From the NCBI GenBank assembly GCA_951406725.2, contig OX597831.1, positions 41,726,001 to 41,790,000 of the forward strand: DNA of 64,000 nt, read 5' to 3'. The translations under genes and the position numbers were made by a program. The number at the start of each line of letters is the position of its first letter. Positions within the stretch are counted from its first letter, which is position 1. This document shows positions 30,223 to 47,463 of this stretch, in pieces. Origin of the DNA: Octopus vulgaris (lineage: Eukaryota). The notes beneath the pieces were generated by a model. It was given only the letters and a program-made list of their open reading frames with translations, had not been told where the DNA came from and ran no database searches.

Positions 30223-30929
30223 CCGGAAAAACATCACTCTAAATCCTGTTTTCCATAATATGTAACGTAAAAGGAAATAAACTGTATTATACAAAAAAGT
30301 GTATTTTATTTATTTAGTTCTGTACATATTTATTTACTTATTTATTTTCTACCTTGTGTTTTAAATAGTAATAAATTGTTTGTCACTTGTTCATTAGTCA
30401 GTGTATTTTTTTATTTTTAATTTAATTTATTTTTTTTTTTTTGTTACTTTCCTGAATGTCAGCCAATTGGATGCATGACTGACTTACCGAGTGGATTTTT
30501 GACTGAGTCTCCAACTCGTTCTTACGGCGGAAACATGACATCAGTTAAGCTTCATTTCCTCTCTAAGTGGCGAAAATGGAATTTTCTAAGCTAATCATTC
30601 ATATCCATGAATGATTAGACTGAACTCGTTAACCAATCCATGAATGAGGCACTAATTGTTTTGCTCAACCTAAGAAGAATGAAAGGTAAAGTTGATATCG
30701 GCCGGATTTGAACTTACAATGTAAATGACCGTAAAATAAATACACCCAGCAGTTAAGGTAGCAAAATCTTGATCAAGCAGACCTATGATCAGAAACATTC
30801 AATACATTTGCGTACACTAAACCCGATCTCCACGCTACCAATGTTATTCAAGGGAAAGACAAAGGCTGATATAGCTTGGCACCAGTGACATCACAACTCA
30901 TTTCTACATTTAAGGGAGAAAGTGTGGCC

Positions 30930-31760
30930 AAACCATAAAACTTTCTGAGGCCTATTCTTACAACTAGATGATAGAGGAGGTGAGGGTTGTAGGATTTTAT
31001 CATAAAGCAGCTATTCTGTAGGGCCTTATTATAATAATGGCCAGCCTTTTCGAATATTTCTGTAGAAGAAAGGAATGATCCAACGGCTAATACTTGGAAC
31101 TATCTTTTTAAAAGCAAAATGTGGGTGACAAGAGTGCTTGTTAATATATTTAAGGTTTTCTTTAGTTTTGTGGAAGGACTTATATGAATTAGTTTCGAGA
31201 TCTTAGGAAACATTTAAAAAGCCAGTATTAACAAGGTTGGTATCAACAGATATTTTATGTCGCATAAATTTGAAGGTAGAAATTAATTACTTTCTAAAGG
31301 ATTCCATAGTATGGTCATCTCAATTGTGTGATACGACTAAAGCATCGTCGCAGTATATCCTGGTGTTATAGCTAGGGAATTTCGAATTAACATGATTTAA
31401 TATGTATAAACCAACTAAATCTCATATAACCACGCTATGATACGAACCCATTATGACATCGAATAGTTTGCTTTGGTTATCTTTTTTAGTCCAAATAGAT
31501 CTGTTACTAAATAACAATGTCTTACGTATAAAGAGCTGTATTTTTTGTTCACGTATGGTTATAAATGAACGTGCAAACTCTAATACATTACGTAGCAGTG
31601 ATTCCGATGCTGATGAGTGGAAATCCACAATTTGTGTGAACTTCACTTTATTTTTATTGCGATTGAATTTGAACCAAGATATCTCCAATAAACTGTAAGT
31701 CCTTATGAACAGGTTTGACCATTCCTTAATTTTGTTATTGTCTCTTAATTTTTTTTCTTG
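30930..31760 (-). mobile_element. Penelope-like reverse transcriptase relic (second copy ~44620-45230)
   Basis: IVDFYPSASESLL...RKTLLF...WTKK...FDVIMGSY..V.YEI.LVY, followed by a YCDDAL motif; matches the Penelope RT pattern. Confidence 0.8.
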
Positions 31761-33746
31761 CTAAACGTAGTTCAATCTTAGCGACACACACACTCGTGTG
31801 TGTGCGTGAGAGTGTGTGTGTCTATGCGTCTGCGTGTGAGTGTGTTAGATTACTATGTATCCATATATTACACAACAAAATCTTACTCTACAAAGTCAGC
31901 CATAGCGGAATTTGAAATCAGAGTGTAATGACAGACGAAACATTTTGTCCGGCATGCTAGCAACTCTGCCTGCTTGCCTCCTTTTAGGTCCTTTCCCGAT
32001 ATTGCTAGCTTTTCAGTTGTTTCCGCTTGCCATGTAATTCTTACAGACTTCTACTGCTGGAAGTATAGGTTGTAAACAACTGTTTCCTCAAGTGTTAGAT
32101 TTTTACAAACTGTTTAAAGACTGTAGAATGCATCTTCCCATAACTCTACTCTGTGCATTTTAGATGATACATAACACAGATACATAACACTGAAGTAGGG
32201 AAGATCAACAACCTTCGTTTTTGCCTAGAGTTGATCATATTCTAGATAGGTTATCACTTATTGTTGAGCTCTGTATGCTCATAGGAAGTGCAATGGTTGA
32301 GTGACGCCAAGACATATCCATACATGGACTGCAGAGGTTGGCTTTGCCTTTCATCTTTTAGGAGTCGATGAAATAAGTACCAGTTGCACACTGGGGTCGA
32401 TGTAATCGATTAGCTCTGCTCCCCTAAAATGTCAGGCCTGTGCCTGTAATAGGAATATATAGAGAGAGGACCTACATGGCTGGAAACATCCCAGGAGAAC
32501 TCATCTGAGAATGACTTGTCTCTAGTTTAGATACAAAGCCAACAATTTTGAAGGGAGAGGGTTAACTGACTATGTTAACCCCAGTATATGGCAGGTATTT
32601 TATTTTATCGACACCGAAAGAATACGGAATTTGAACTCAGAACATGAAGAGTCGGAAGAAATGCCTCATGGTATTTTGTCTGGCGCACTAACAATTCTAC
32701 CAGATCGCCATCATTGTTTCTGTTCGAAGCACAAGATCAGCAATTTTTGGCGGTTGGGAGTTAGTCCTTATAGTTGATCCGATACTTGACATAAGAGAGA
32801 TGAAAACAAACTTGACCTCAGCGCGACTGCAACCACGGACGTAAACACGGGACAAATACACCACAAAGCTTTTTGTCGACGCTCTAATTCTTTTGTTACT
32901 TCGCGCCCTGAAAAACTGAAATAAAAATTATAATAAATGTTCTCCATCCCGAAATATTTTTGCTGTTATTTTTGTTTTTGTTGTTATTTTTGTTATTCTT
33001 GACGTTTTGTTATTTCGTCCCAAGTTAGTGCCGATTCAACAAATATTCCAGCTATGAACTAGCTATCTTTTCTGCGATATCATTTACAATTTATGTTAGA
33101 TCTTTTAGATTCAAGTACTTCAATAATGTCTGAAAATAATCTATAGCTTTAGTTTTCTACCCACATTCTAGAGTAGTGGTTATATAACCTCGCCTTAGAA
33201 TTCACTTCAAAATAAACAAGAAGTCCACGCGGTCGCCAGACAAGCTTACAGGCACCATGCAAGAACTTCTCAGCTTATATTCGTATGATTCAGAAAGATA
33301 TGTCTTTGGAAAATTGGAAAACTGGCATTGGTGTAGAAAGTGGAATGTTTTCAATATATCAGTTTTAACAGCTGGGTCAGTAATATATATGTAGGCTTGA
33401 AAATACTCTAGGAACTCATGTAACTGTTTCATTCTTAAGCGATGTCATGTCTCCGTCACAGGAACGAGCAGATTCAGTGGCGTGGTTTGATCTATTGGAT
33501 ACTCAATCAGCAATCCATTCGATAACTCTTGTATTCAACTGACTCATTCACGGCAATAACAATATATAATAAATGAATAAATAAATAAAATATTAAAAAA
33601 ACTAACAAAACAACAAGTAACAAACAATTTTCATTTAAAACACAAGGAAATATAAAATCACCATCTGTGTGTGTGTGTGTGATGCATTTTATTTCATTTT
33701 ATGTTAGACATTACGATTAACAGAATTTACAGCGATTTTGTTCCGA

Positions 33747-36700
33747 TTAGTTTACGTCTCCTTTGCCCAAGATACTGAAAAGAATAAAAGAAAAGAAAAG
33801 TGTTTAGACTAAAGTTTACCAAATATTGTACTTCTTGCATTGTTTATCAAATAAGAAATGCCGTCATATATCGTAACGTTTAGCACAAGATTTATCTTTT
33901 ACATTGTAATTCTTAAAATTCATCTAAGAAATCAGTTACATTGGTTGTATAAATGTCCGTGGTCTGATGTCGAGTTGGAAGCAAGAGCGCTTCCTAAAAG
34001 ATATCTAACTTCCAGTAATCCGATATTTACAGAAATCCTGGAATACTGTGCTATATTGTACAATAGACAGCAGTTCGTATCTAGTAAACAGATCATATTT
34101 TTGAAGTTGATTAATTTACAAGCAGTGTATGAGAAATAGCTTTGTTCTTCCCCTCTTGTTTTCTATGAAGATTGACCAAGATCAAATCTACTGTTTTAGA
34201 AGTGTATTAATTTATACATGTAACTGTTATTCGTCTTCTTAGAGACAGTGTACAGAATCTATAGTAGTTGGCTGTTTTCCAGGGGTGAGAGAATGACAGG
34301 CATGTTAAATCCGCATTTCTAGTCCCTAGCTTGCTAGGTATTTAACACAGTACTTTACTAAAAATTGAAGGGACGCTAAAGTAACACGGGCAGAGAAATT
34401 TTACGTCGAAACGTGTTCCGTAGTACTGTCATTAAAATAACAAATTTTGTGCGTGCGTGTGTGTGTATACATTGTGTATTGACTTACATTCTACAGGCTG
34501 CTCCACACAAGAAAGCCCAGAAATTTGGAACGTTATCTTCACAAGCTTGTACACAGTCGTCACCCAGATTCAGATGTTTAATGTGATTAATTACATCGAC
34601 GACTGCAAGAGAAATTAGAACAAATGTTGAAATAATGTTTCTAATGTTGGATTTTAACATAAGTAGAAGGAATCGAAACAGTTTGAGAGAGAGAATGAAG
34701 TCGGAGAACGAAAACCAGAATCGAAAACAGCGGCATTTTATATTGGAAGCCAGCAGAACTTAAGATAGTGTAACTAAATAGAACATAATTTGTTTTTTAT
34801 GTTTAATTGAGTGACTTCGAGAATTTTAATTATAACACAGGGAAAGTCAATATGGCATTTATAACGGAGAAGTGTATGAGATTTCATGACATTCATGCCA
34901 TTCTCGACGTCATAAGTTAGGTAGTAAGGAATGTAATCGAATCTGCAATCAATGATATGAAATATTGGCGATTTACAGGGTTTTAGTGATAAGCAGAATA
35001 ATTATTTCTAATTTCGGTACGAGGCCAGCAAATTGTTGAGGGAAAAAGGAAGTCGATTATGTCAACCTCAGTGCTCAACTAGTACATGTTTTATCGACTC
35101 CGAGCCGATGAAAAGCAAAGTAGCCCCAGCAGAATTTGAACTTAGAACTTTAAGTCGGAAGGAATATCGCTAAACATTTTATCTGGTGTGCTAACTATAC
35201 TTTTTACTAAAAGCACAAAAACTGAAATTTGAGGTGAGGGTCTTATTGATTACATCGAGTCTAGTGCTTAACTGATACTTTATTTTATCAATAGAGGAAG
35301 GGTAAATGACAAAGTCGACCTTGGCGGTATGCGAGACTAGAAATGTGCTAAGCATTTTGCCCGGCGTGGTAACGATTCTGCCGGCCTGCTGCCTTTATAA
35401 ACAGAATAATCTCCTACAAAGCATTACCGTGCTCACAAATACAATGATGTAACTTTAAGACATGAAGACTTTACACAGACAAAATTTACACATAAACATT
35501 AGACAAAGAAAACCATCATTAGAAATCGTACGCATATTACGAAAAACGCTGATAGAATACGTCCAGAGATACCGTCCTGTGTTGACGATAAGCGTTCATT
35601 AAAGCACCGACTACATCGTTTTCAAATGTTGGCACATTTTAGAGTAGGGATTAAGTCGATTACAACGCCCCTAGTGCAATTTCAGAGTAGGGGTTAAGTC
35701 GATTACAACGCCCCTAGTGCTCAACTGGTACTTATTTGGTGGATCCCGAAAGGAAAAAAGGTAAAGTCGGTCTCGACAGAATTTGAACTCAGAAAATAAG
35801 GACGGACAAAATTCCACTCAGCATTTTTCCCGGCGTGCTAACGATTCTACCAGCACGCCGACTAAAAGCACGGATTATATCGACTAATGAAATGATCGTC
35901 TGCACCGGTGGATGGTGTTACCGTATCATGTGATTTTACCAATTTTGTGAATCACCAGCGATAGCCAGCCTTGTGCCACTTGCTAGAACGGAAAACAGTC
36001 GAATGTGTATATAATAGTAATAGTCAAACAGCCAGTGATGCCGCAAAAATCCGGCGGGCTACTAATAAATCAGTAGCGTTTGAACGAATGATATTACTAT
36101 ATGCAACCTAAACTGTTGTTTACTACACTTACTCGTATACTATAACAATAGCCAAACGGCCAATGACGCTACAAAATGCCGGAATGTTACGAATAAAGTA
36201 TCAGCAACAGGAGCAGTGTTTGCAATAATAATAATTAGCACATACAAACTTTTTCTTTTCTTGCCACGTAGCAATTTATCAAAGACTGATTTTACTTTCC
36301 TTGCAAACATCAAATGCGCTGGTGAGCTACCTGCTGCTGTATTCGGATTTGGTGTTACACGGTACACTCTTAAAAATTGTTGTAGAGTTACCATATCTGT
36401 GACTTCCTCATTCGATTTTCTTAGGGCTCTCTTCAAAGTGTCGACGAAGCGTTCTGCCTATCCATTAGATCTGGGATGGTATGGCGCAGTGGTCATATGT
36501 TCTACTGCGAACGTTTCACAAAATTTTTCAAATTCGCTAAACACAAATTGCGTTCCATTGTCAGACACTATCACGTCCGTGATGCCAAATCTCGCAAACA
36601 GTTCGTGTAGAAAACTTATCAAAGTTGAGGAGGTTGTTTTTTTTACACTCACAAATTTCAAACCATTTCGAAAAAAACTATCAGCTACCACTAAGCAGTA

Positions 36701-38576
36701 TGAACAATTTAAATGACCAGCGAAATCGATGTGTAGTCTCAATCACGTAACATCTACTTGTGGCCAATTTTCATATTTTATAGTGAGCAATTTTGCTGCT
36801 AGAGCATATCCTCTACCGCCTTTCACCAAAGTTTCGATTTCTCTGTCCATTTTCGGCCAGTGTACGTCACTGTGCATTAAAGCTTTCAGCCTTGAAATAC
36901 CAAGATATCCGACGTAAAATTCTCACATTTTTTTTTTGTAGTGTTTCCATCATCACTACTCACTGCGCATACATAAGTATGCCATCACACATTGAGTATA
37001 GGTTCACGTCTTGGTTTCGTTTCGTAGCAAACTGTTCCTATTTTCTTTTATTGACCACAGTGTTATTTTTGTTTCCTTTATAAACTAGTGTTTTACTGCA
37101 TTCCGCTTTATCTCTTCTACGGTTACCGGTAATTCTCGTATCACGTTCTACAGAAGAGAGCGATGATCTGTTTGAAAACAGAAACGTCTTCCATGGATAA
37201 ATCTATGGAACTTCTTGACACCAAATATGATTGCCAACGCCTCTTTTTCTACCTGGCTATAATTCTTTTCAGCTGGCAATAACGACCTTGACGCATTGCC
37301 TATTGCCTTTGTACTACAATCGCCATATTTATGCAGATGTACGGCTCCTATACTGTACTCACTTGCATCTTCAGCCAGTATAGTTTCTAACTTTGGATAA
37401 AATTGTATCAATGGTAGGTCCGAAGTTAAAATACTTTTCAATTCATCGAATTCCTTCTGGCACTTATCCATCTAAATCCATTTTGCATGCATCATGTTCT
37501 GTTGCATCTGGGGTTTCTTTTTCAAGATTAAGCGCGTTTTAATCTCGGCCGTCCCAATCTTTACATTCTTTCTCGAAGATTTGCTCATATCTTCAGTAGT
37601 ATGCTTCGAAAGGTAACTCCTCCGTCAGGTTCGTATTTGAACTCTTTTATGGAGTTCGCGAAACAGTCTGGCGAGAACACTTTTTCTGACTTTCCTGACG
37701 ACTTTAGTAATTGCAGCATTTGTTGCCGAAATATGATTTGTTGTTGTTGCTTCTTTTGTTGCTCTTGCTGTTGTTGTTGTTTCTTTCAGCTGTTGTTGTT
37801 GCTGTTTTTGCAACTCGAGCAAACCTGCCAACAAATATTCCATGCATTTACGATTTTTCGTAAAATTCTTACACCAACATTATGAGTTTATTAACTCCTC
37901 TTCGAGTTTCTTAATTCCTTGAGAGCTGTTTAAATCCTCGTCGAGTTTTTTTAATTCCTCGTGAGTTGTTTAAATCGGCGTTGCCACTGTTACAGTCCTT
38001 AAAATGTTGGATTGATATACCGCCCACTTCAGTATGCAGTGTACTTAGTAAAACCAGTAAAAATACGACTTTCTCTGACTGCCAACTATGTACTCTCTTC
38101 ATTTATAGTGACTAGGTTGTTCCATTTGTCCTGTGAGTGTGGTGTACTATTATTACTATTTTCCGGCAACAAATACAGAAATGCGATTGGTTGGACAGTT
38201 GAAGCACGCAATAAAAATATGACAACTAGAATAATAATAGTAATAATACTATCTACAATTGGTAAAAAGCCTGAAATTTTAGGAGAGGCTACCACCTTAA
38301 ACATTATTATTGTAAGCGTGATGGACTAGCAAATTCGAGAAGACCATTATTTTGTCACAGCTGCAAAAACTTTTGGTAACAGGCAAATCTGTCCGACCAG
38401 CGTTGACCTAGGGTTAAACAACAACAACAATATCATAACTGTCATTCTGATACACAAAATGTTTATATAAGGATTTGCTTTTACTTACTTGAAAGTCTTT
38501 TGTCGATCTCCTCATCATAGAGGCTGGCGGAGAAGACGATGGGAAGCAACACTAAACACAAAAGGACGAGCTTCAT
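33747..38576 (-). CDS. Gene D secreted Cys-rich prepropeptide, 76 aa; exons 38576-38489, 34602-34488, 33774-33747; MKLVLLCLVLLPIVFSASLYDEEIDKR|LSIVDVINHIKHLNLGDDCVQACEDNVPNFWAFLCGAACRIILGKGDVN*
   Basis: Reverse-complement exons with GT-AG junctions, same sizes and phases, open frame. First coding intron enlarged by gypsy and SINE insertions. Confidence 0.92.
36250..38160 (-). mobile_element. Internally deleted Ty3/gypsy LTR retrotransposon in gene D intron 1 (5' LTR ~38160-37988, PBS, gag, RNase H and integrase fragments)
   Basis: DASEYSIGAV..NYSQVEKEALAIIFGVKKFH..TDHRSL; RLHIDFAG..IVSDNGTQF..APYHPRSNG; LTR end TAACA followed by GTGGCAACG. Confidence 0.9.
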
Positions 38577-38597
38577 GTCTAAAATATAAAGTAGACG

Positions 38598-38657
<60 letters not shown>

Positions 38658-38665
38658 CGACAGTC

Positions 38666-38741
<76 letters not shown>

Positions 38742-38749
38742 CGACAGTC

Positions 38750-38842
<93 letters not shown>
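38598..38842. repeat. (GATA)n microsatellite in intron 0 of D; homologous tracts at 27527-27604, 42243-42326, 55591-55694
   Basis: Directly visible. Confidence 0.95.
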
Positions 38843-38843
<1 letters not shown>

Positions 38844-38932
38844 GGTCTTGTTAGAGTATGTCAATATGAAGTTCTAGGCTAGAGAGAAGAAATAAGGAAT
38901 GTCATTGAAACGTACTAAAAACTACAAACAAA

Positions 38933-39082
38933 ACTCACTGAAATGCATGGGGGATACAATTTGTTAAAAAAGGGAAGCAAGAGGTTTTATATAGTAAATT
39001 AATTTTCACTGACATCTGCATTTTCTCATATCCATGTCAACTTAACGAAATCAACTGAACCACGTAAATTAAAGATAAGTAT
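38933..39082 (-). promoter_or_regulatory. Putative promoter and non-coding exon 0 of gene D
   Basis: Minus-strand TATATAAAA at 38993-38985, donor ttca|GTGAGT at 38938, CATCTG near 39013, AGATAAG near 39073. Confidence 0.7.
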
Positions 39083-41999
39083 TGAGAGAAATAGACACAC
39101 AGCTGTTTGGTTCCCAGCAATATCGCCGTAAACTATAAGTTTTTGGTTTCGCAACTTTAAAAGAGTTAATCAGTCGTGTTTGTTTCGTTTTTCTCTGGTG
39201 TACAAACTACCCCTGGGCGTCTTCAAATATAAGTCGAGTTTTTCAGAACCGAGACAAAGTCAACCGGACTGACATGAAGTTACTCGTGCATAAGGAAGTT
39301 GTCACCCTCATTGTCCTGCATGGATCAGAAACTTGAGTCATCTACATCCGACAGTTGATCTTACTGGATTATTTCCGACCTATTTAGTGCATCATGGAGA
39401 TGTTTCTTGAGACCTGTCATTGGCACTTAAGCAAGGAACTACTCTGTTCTGCGACACACCTTGAGCGATACATCAAATGGTGTTTATATGATCTCTGAGC
39501 TTAAAGGATTACAGAGGCTCATAACATATCCAGTCCACCTACAAAGTACGCGTTGTGAGATGGCATGGTGGTTTACCGCTAATTAACCCGCATCATGAAG
39601 CCCTGTGATCAAAAGGCGCTCCGACCATAATCATCTCATCCTTTTTGCCTTTCGCATATAGTGTGTCTAGTGTTTACATAAGGCGACGATCAGTCGAAGC
39701 TGACCATATTCTACACAAGTATATGCTGGCCAATTACCATCTAAGAGAAGGTAACTCCGCATACAAATCTTGCATCTTGATAACTACTGAGTTCGTTGCA
39801 CTAGTTGCACCAAACCAATACAAGCGTGGGGGACGAGAGAATGGATTGGCTCTGCACAAACCATGCCTACTATAACGTTCACCGTGCAGATTGTTCAGCA
39901 AACCAAGACACCAACACAAAACGCTTTCAAACCGCCTTCATAATTCTCGTGGCGAAGGACTTCGTGCAACTGTATCTTGTTTAATCCTTATTCGTAGGAG
40001 CGACGAGAGAATATAAGATAAAATGAGCTCTGAGTTTTGCTTCGGTTCCAAGGTTTGACATTAACATTCTGTTTTACAGTAAGGCGGCGAACTGTCAGAA
40101 TCGAAACCGCGCGGACAAAATGCTTCTGTTCTGAGTTCAAATACCACCGGGGTCGACTCTGTCTTTCATTCTTTCGGAGGCCGATAAATTAAGTACCAGT
40201 TGAGTACTGGGACAGATGTAATTGACTTACCCAGCCCTCGAAATTGCTGGCCTTGTGTCAAAAATTTGAAAGCAATACTTTGTTTGACAGTTTAGTGGTG
40301 TTATACTAAAAAAATCTATTTTCAGTGTTCTGGGAGTTTGCGATTTTAAAATGAATTATTATTTTTACACAACATTGTATTATATTAATACTAGAGTCAT
40401 GATGCCGTCATCTCAGAACAAGCTAGTACTTTTATTTTATGATTTATATTAAATGCAGAACACAAGGATGAGCAAATTTGCTTTCAAGGTCTACTTTGCT
40501 TTTCATTCTTCAAGGGTTGATAAATAAAGTACTGCTATCCACATCAACTGGTGTTGATTCATCTTTGTCTTTTTCTTCACGAATTCTCTATATTGCATTG
40601 CGAGATAGTTACGAAAGCCCACACATACACTGTCTCTTTCATCAAAGACATGAAGGAGAGCTGAGTGAGGGGTAAGCAATCTCCTCTTATCTCGAATGCT
40701 GCAAAACCCAACCAAAACGATTGCAGATGTTATACAATCAATGCTTTCTATTCTCACCCATATTTCCTTACATGGCAAAATGCGAGCAAGGAAAATAGTA
40801 TTCTTGAGATTGTAAACCTGGAAAAACACAGGACAAGCTTTTACACTTAGAAAAGTTCAGGACAACTTATTACATCTGGTAAAGTACAGAACAAGAAAAT
40901 TTTTACATGTAAGTTTTTCCAAGCTATGCCTTTATACTGATTAATAATATATCAAATGTGTCAATTAGAGGTGTCATTGATATTTTTCCTCACCTCAATA
41001 ACGCCGGTGACATATATTAAAAGTTCCCTTATAGAACTATATTCATAAGAAAGTACAGAACTATATTATCACCCACAAATTTGGGAAACAAACACTTCAT
41101 AACCTTTTTCTCTTAAAACTTTATGTTGGTGTATTGGTTTAATGAACAAATTACACGATGAATGTTATTATAGTAGGCACGTTTTATACAGAACCAAACC
41201 ATTGTCTGATCCTTCACGCATGTATTGGTCCGAGGCAACGAATGCGACGAATCCAGTACTTATCAAGATGCAGGATTTATATGGAGAGTCCTTTTCTTTG
41301 ATTAGTAGCTAAAGAGCTAACAGTCCCCAGTCCATTGTGATGTTTTTGAGACAATTTCGTGACATACTGAATAATCCACAAGTGCAACCCTAGCAAGTTC
41401 TCTTCCGATGATGTGTAGACCTGGGAACAAGGGTGTCTAACAGATTGTTCTCTTGTCAAATCCCTAGAACCTCAATCCAGAGACACACTCACGGAGGAAG
41501 TTTAAAATCATGTCCAGTGCCAGAGGTAATCAGTGGGAAATGACAATCCCGTCCCATAACGTGTACATTTGACTGGTCATGATCTTAAATCCTTTTCGAT
41601 CAGAGCTACCTATATACCACTTGATATATTGCTCAAAAGAACAGAATAGTTCCTTGCTTAAGTGCCTAAGACAGACCTCATGAAACACATCCATGATGTG
41701 TTTCAATGGGTCATGTGTTGGTGGAAATACTCCAGTATGGTCGGATATCAGATGTAGATTACTCAAGTTTCTGGTCCATAGAAGAAACGAGGATAGCAAC
41801 TGCCATGTCAGACCGGCTGACTTTGTCTCAGTTTTGAAAATCTCAAATATTATTTGAAGGCACCTGGGGGCAACACCTACACACACAAAAAGCGAGAAAC
41901 AAAAACAACTCATTTGATAATTCTTTAAAGTTACATAGTCAAACGTTTATGGCTCAGAACGTAATTATTGGTATCAAAATGGTTTGTGTATATTTTTCC

Positions 42000-42166
42000 T
42001 CAACACTTATCTTTAAATTGGTTATGTCAGCATTTTCCGCTTCTCTTCAATCGATTTCATTGGTTTCTGTCTTAGATGAGAGCAACACAGATGTTACCCA
42101 GCCACGAATTACGATATATAATGCCTTCTTTCTTTTTTAACACGTCCCATACACAATTCAGTAAGT
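42000..42166 (+). promoter_or_regulatory. Putative promoter and non-coding exon 0 of gene E
   Basis: CTTATCT near 42006, CAGATG near 42088, TATATAA 42115-42121, donor GTAAGT at 42161. Confidence 0.7.
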
Positions 42167-42241
42167 TTTGTTTGTTAGTGCATTGTGATAAATTCTCTTA
42201 TTTCTTCCCTAGACTCTAACAAAAAATCTGTATACATTCTA

Positions 42242-42327
<86 letters not shown>

Positions 42328-42361
42328 TTGTCTGTCTGTCGTTTATTTTTATTTTTCAGAC

Positions 42362-44234
<1,873 letters not shown>

Positions 44235-47200
44235 CCAGAAAAACATCATTCTAAATCCTGTTTTCCATAATATGTAACGTAAAAGGAAATAAACTGTATT
44301 ATACAAAAAAGTGTATTTTATTTATTTAGTTCTGTACTTATTTATTTTCTACCTTGTGTTTTAAATAGTAATAAATTGTTTGTCACTTGTTGATTAGTCA
44401 GTTTATTTTTCTATTTTTAATTTAATTTAATTTCTTTTTTTTTTTGTTTCTTTCCTGAATGTCAGCCAATTGGATGCATGACTGATTCTCCAACTCGTTC
44501 TTACAGCGGAAACATGACATCAGTCAAGCTTCATTTCCTCTCTAAGTGGCGAAAATGGAATTTTCTAAGCTAATGATTCATATCCATGAATGATGATTAG
44601 ACTGAACCCATTAACCAATCTTTAGTTTTGTGGAAGGACTTATATGAATTAGTTTCGAGATCTTAGGAAACATTTAAAAAGCCAGTAATAACAAGGTTGG
44701 TATCAATAGATATTCTATGTCGCACACATTTGAAGGTAGAAATTAATTACTTTCTAAAGGATTGGTCATCTCAATTGTGTGATACAACTAAAGCATCGTC
44801 GCAGTATATCCCAGTGCTATAGCTAGGGAATTTCGAATTAAGATGATTTAATATGTATAAACCAACTAAATCTCATATATCCACGCTATGATACGAACCC
44901 ATTGGGACATCGAATAGTTTGCTTTGGTTATCTTTTTCATGTCCAAATAAATCTGTTACTAAATAACAATGTCTTACGTATAAAGAGCTGTATTTTTTGT
45001 TTACGTATGGTTATAAATGAACGTGCAAACTCTAATACATTACGTAGCAGTGATTCCGATGCTGATGGGTAGAAATCCACAATTTGTGTGAATTTCACTT
45101 TATTTTTATTGCGATTGAATTTGAACCAAGATATCTCCAATAAACTGTAAGTCCTTATGAACAGGTTTGACCATTCCTTAATTTTGTTATTGCTTCTTAA
45201 AAGTTTTTCTTGCTAAACGTAGTTCAATCTTTGCGACACACACTCGTGTGTGTGTGTGGGGGGGCATTATAAAATACAATTGTATATTTACAAATCAGAA
45301 CAGATAAAGAAATCTAGAGTAGCACGCATATTATTGCAGACATGTAAATGTAATCTACACTGAAATTATAACTAAATGGCGAAGGCTGCGAAACAGCCGT
45401 AACCTTCAAGACGACAAGTGGTTAAATATATATATATATATAATCACCTCCTCCTCTCGTACTTCTTTACTTTTTATACTCTTCATGAAATAAGCTCATC
45501 GGTTAGATCTCATGGATTTCAACTGCATAGGACTCTGCACTGTATTCCTCCGAATTAGATTACTATGTTTCCATATATTACACTACAAAATCTTACTCTA
45601 CAAAGTCAACCATAGCGGAATTTGACATCAGAGTGTAATGACAGACGAAATGCCACTAAACATTTTGTCCGGCATGCTAGCGACTCTGCCTGCTTGCCTC
45701 CTTTTAGGTCCTTTCCCGATATTGCTAGCTTTTCAGTTGTTTCCGCTTGCAGTTGTAATTCTTACAGACTCCAACTGCTGGAAGTATAGGATGTAAACAA
45801 CTATTTCCTCAAGTGTTAGATTTTTACACATGTTTAAAGACTGTAGGATGCATCTTCCCATAACTCTACTCTGTGCATTTTAGATGATACATAACACTGA
45901 TACATAACACTGAAGTAGGGATGATCAACAACCTTCTTTTTTGCCAAGATTTGATCTTATTCTAGATAGGTTATCACTTATTGTTGAGTTCTGTATGCTC
46001 ATAGGAGGTGCAGTGGTTGAGTGACGCCAAGACATATCCATACATGGACTGCAGAGGTTGACTTTGCCTTTCATATTTTAGGAGTCGATGAAATAAGTAC
46101 CAGTTGCACACTGGGGTCGATGTACTCGATTAGCTCTGCTCCCCTAAAATGTCAGACCTTGTGCCTCTAATAGGAATATACAGAGAGAGGACCTACATGG
46201 CTGGAAACATCCCAGGAGAACTCATCTGAGAATTACTTGTCTCTAGTTTAGATACAAAGCCAACAATTTTGTAGGGAGACGGCTAACTGACTATGTTAAC
46301 CCCAGTATCTGACAGGTATTTTATTTTATCGACACCAAAAGAATACTCAGCGACGGAATTTGAACTCAGAACATGAAGAGTCGGAAGAAATGCCTCATGG
46401 TATTTTGTCTGGCGCACTAACAATTCTACCAGATCGCCATCATTGTTTCTGATTGAAGCACAAGATCAGCAATTTTTGGCGGTTGGGAGTTAGTCGTTAC
46501 AGTTGATCCGATACTTGACATAAGAGAGATGAAAACAAACTTGACCTCTGCGAGACTGCAACCACGGACGTAAACACGGGACAAATACACCACAAAGTTT
46601 TGTCGACGCTCTAATTCTTTTGTCACTTCGCGCCCCGAAAAACTTTAAAATTATAATAAATGTTCTCCATCCAAAAATGTTATTGCTGTTATTTTTGTTT
46701 TTGTTGTTATTTTTGTTATTGTTGACGTTTTGTTGTTTCGTCCCAAGTTAGTGCCGATTCAACAAATATTCCAGCTATGAACTAGCTATCTTTTCTGCGA
46801 TATCATTTACAATTTATGATAGATGTTTTGGATTCAAGTACTTCAATAATGTCTGAAAATAATCTATAGCTTTAGTTGTCTACCCACATTCTTTAAGAAT
46901 GAGACAAAGGAAATTTGGCGGCTATTTCTAACAAGCGGTGCAACTGTGTAGAGGCTCGTTTAATGTGAAAATATCAGATATGAATTTGACACCGGTTGAT
47001 AAGGTTTATTGCAATCTTCGGAAAACATCAGTGTTTAAAGAATTACACTTGGCCGCTGGTCGCCAACTGCGGCATCCAAATAGGCTGCTCCTTTCATAAA
47101 CTTAATATACCTTCGAATATAGCAAACACGCCCTATATAAAGTAACCGTTCTGTCCTTTGCTGCTGCCTTTGCTTGGCTGAAAAGTAGTACATCGTTTCT

Positions 47201-47463
47201 ACGAACTGCTTCGATTGTACTCGTGCGATTTAGCAAGATATGTCTTGGGAGATTGGAAAACTGACATGAAATTAGAAGGTGGAGAGTTTTGAATACATAC
47301 ATGGACAACATCGACTTTATGGACATTGATTGTACGGAGCCTCCTATAATCTGCACAAATTTAAATAAACTTCAAATTTAAATAGTGGAGTAGCCAAGAT
47401 AAAGAGGTACAATTAGCCATTTTCTCCAACCGAAAGCTAGAGTAGTGGTTATATAACCTCGCC

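Larger units (their letters stand above)
26300..40033. repeat. Segmental duplication copy 1 (convergent gene pair C+/D-)
   Basis: Collinear, highly similar by eye to 41123-58141 across introns, 3' flanks, Penelope RT relic and SINEs. Confidence 0.9.

Noticed and set aside
33202-33432. 76-aa ORF repeated at 49144-49374
   Set aside because: Probably a decayed hAT C-terminal fragment carried by the duplication; too weak to call a gene.
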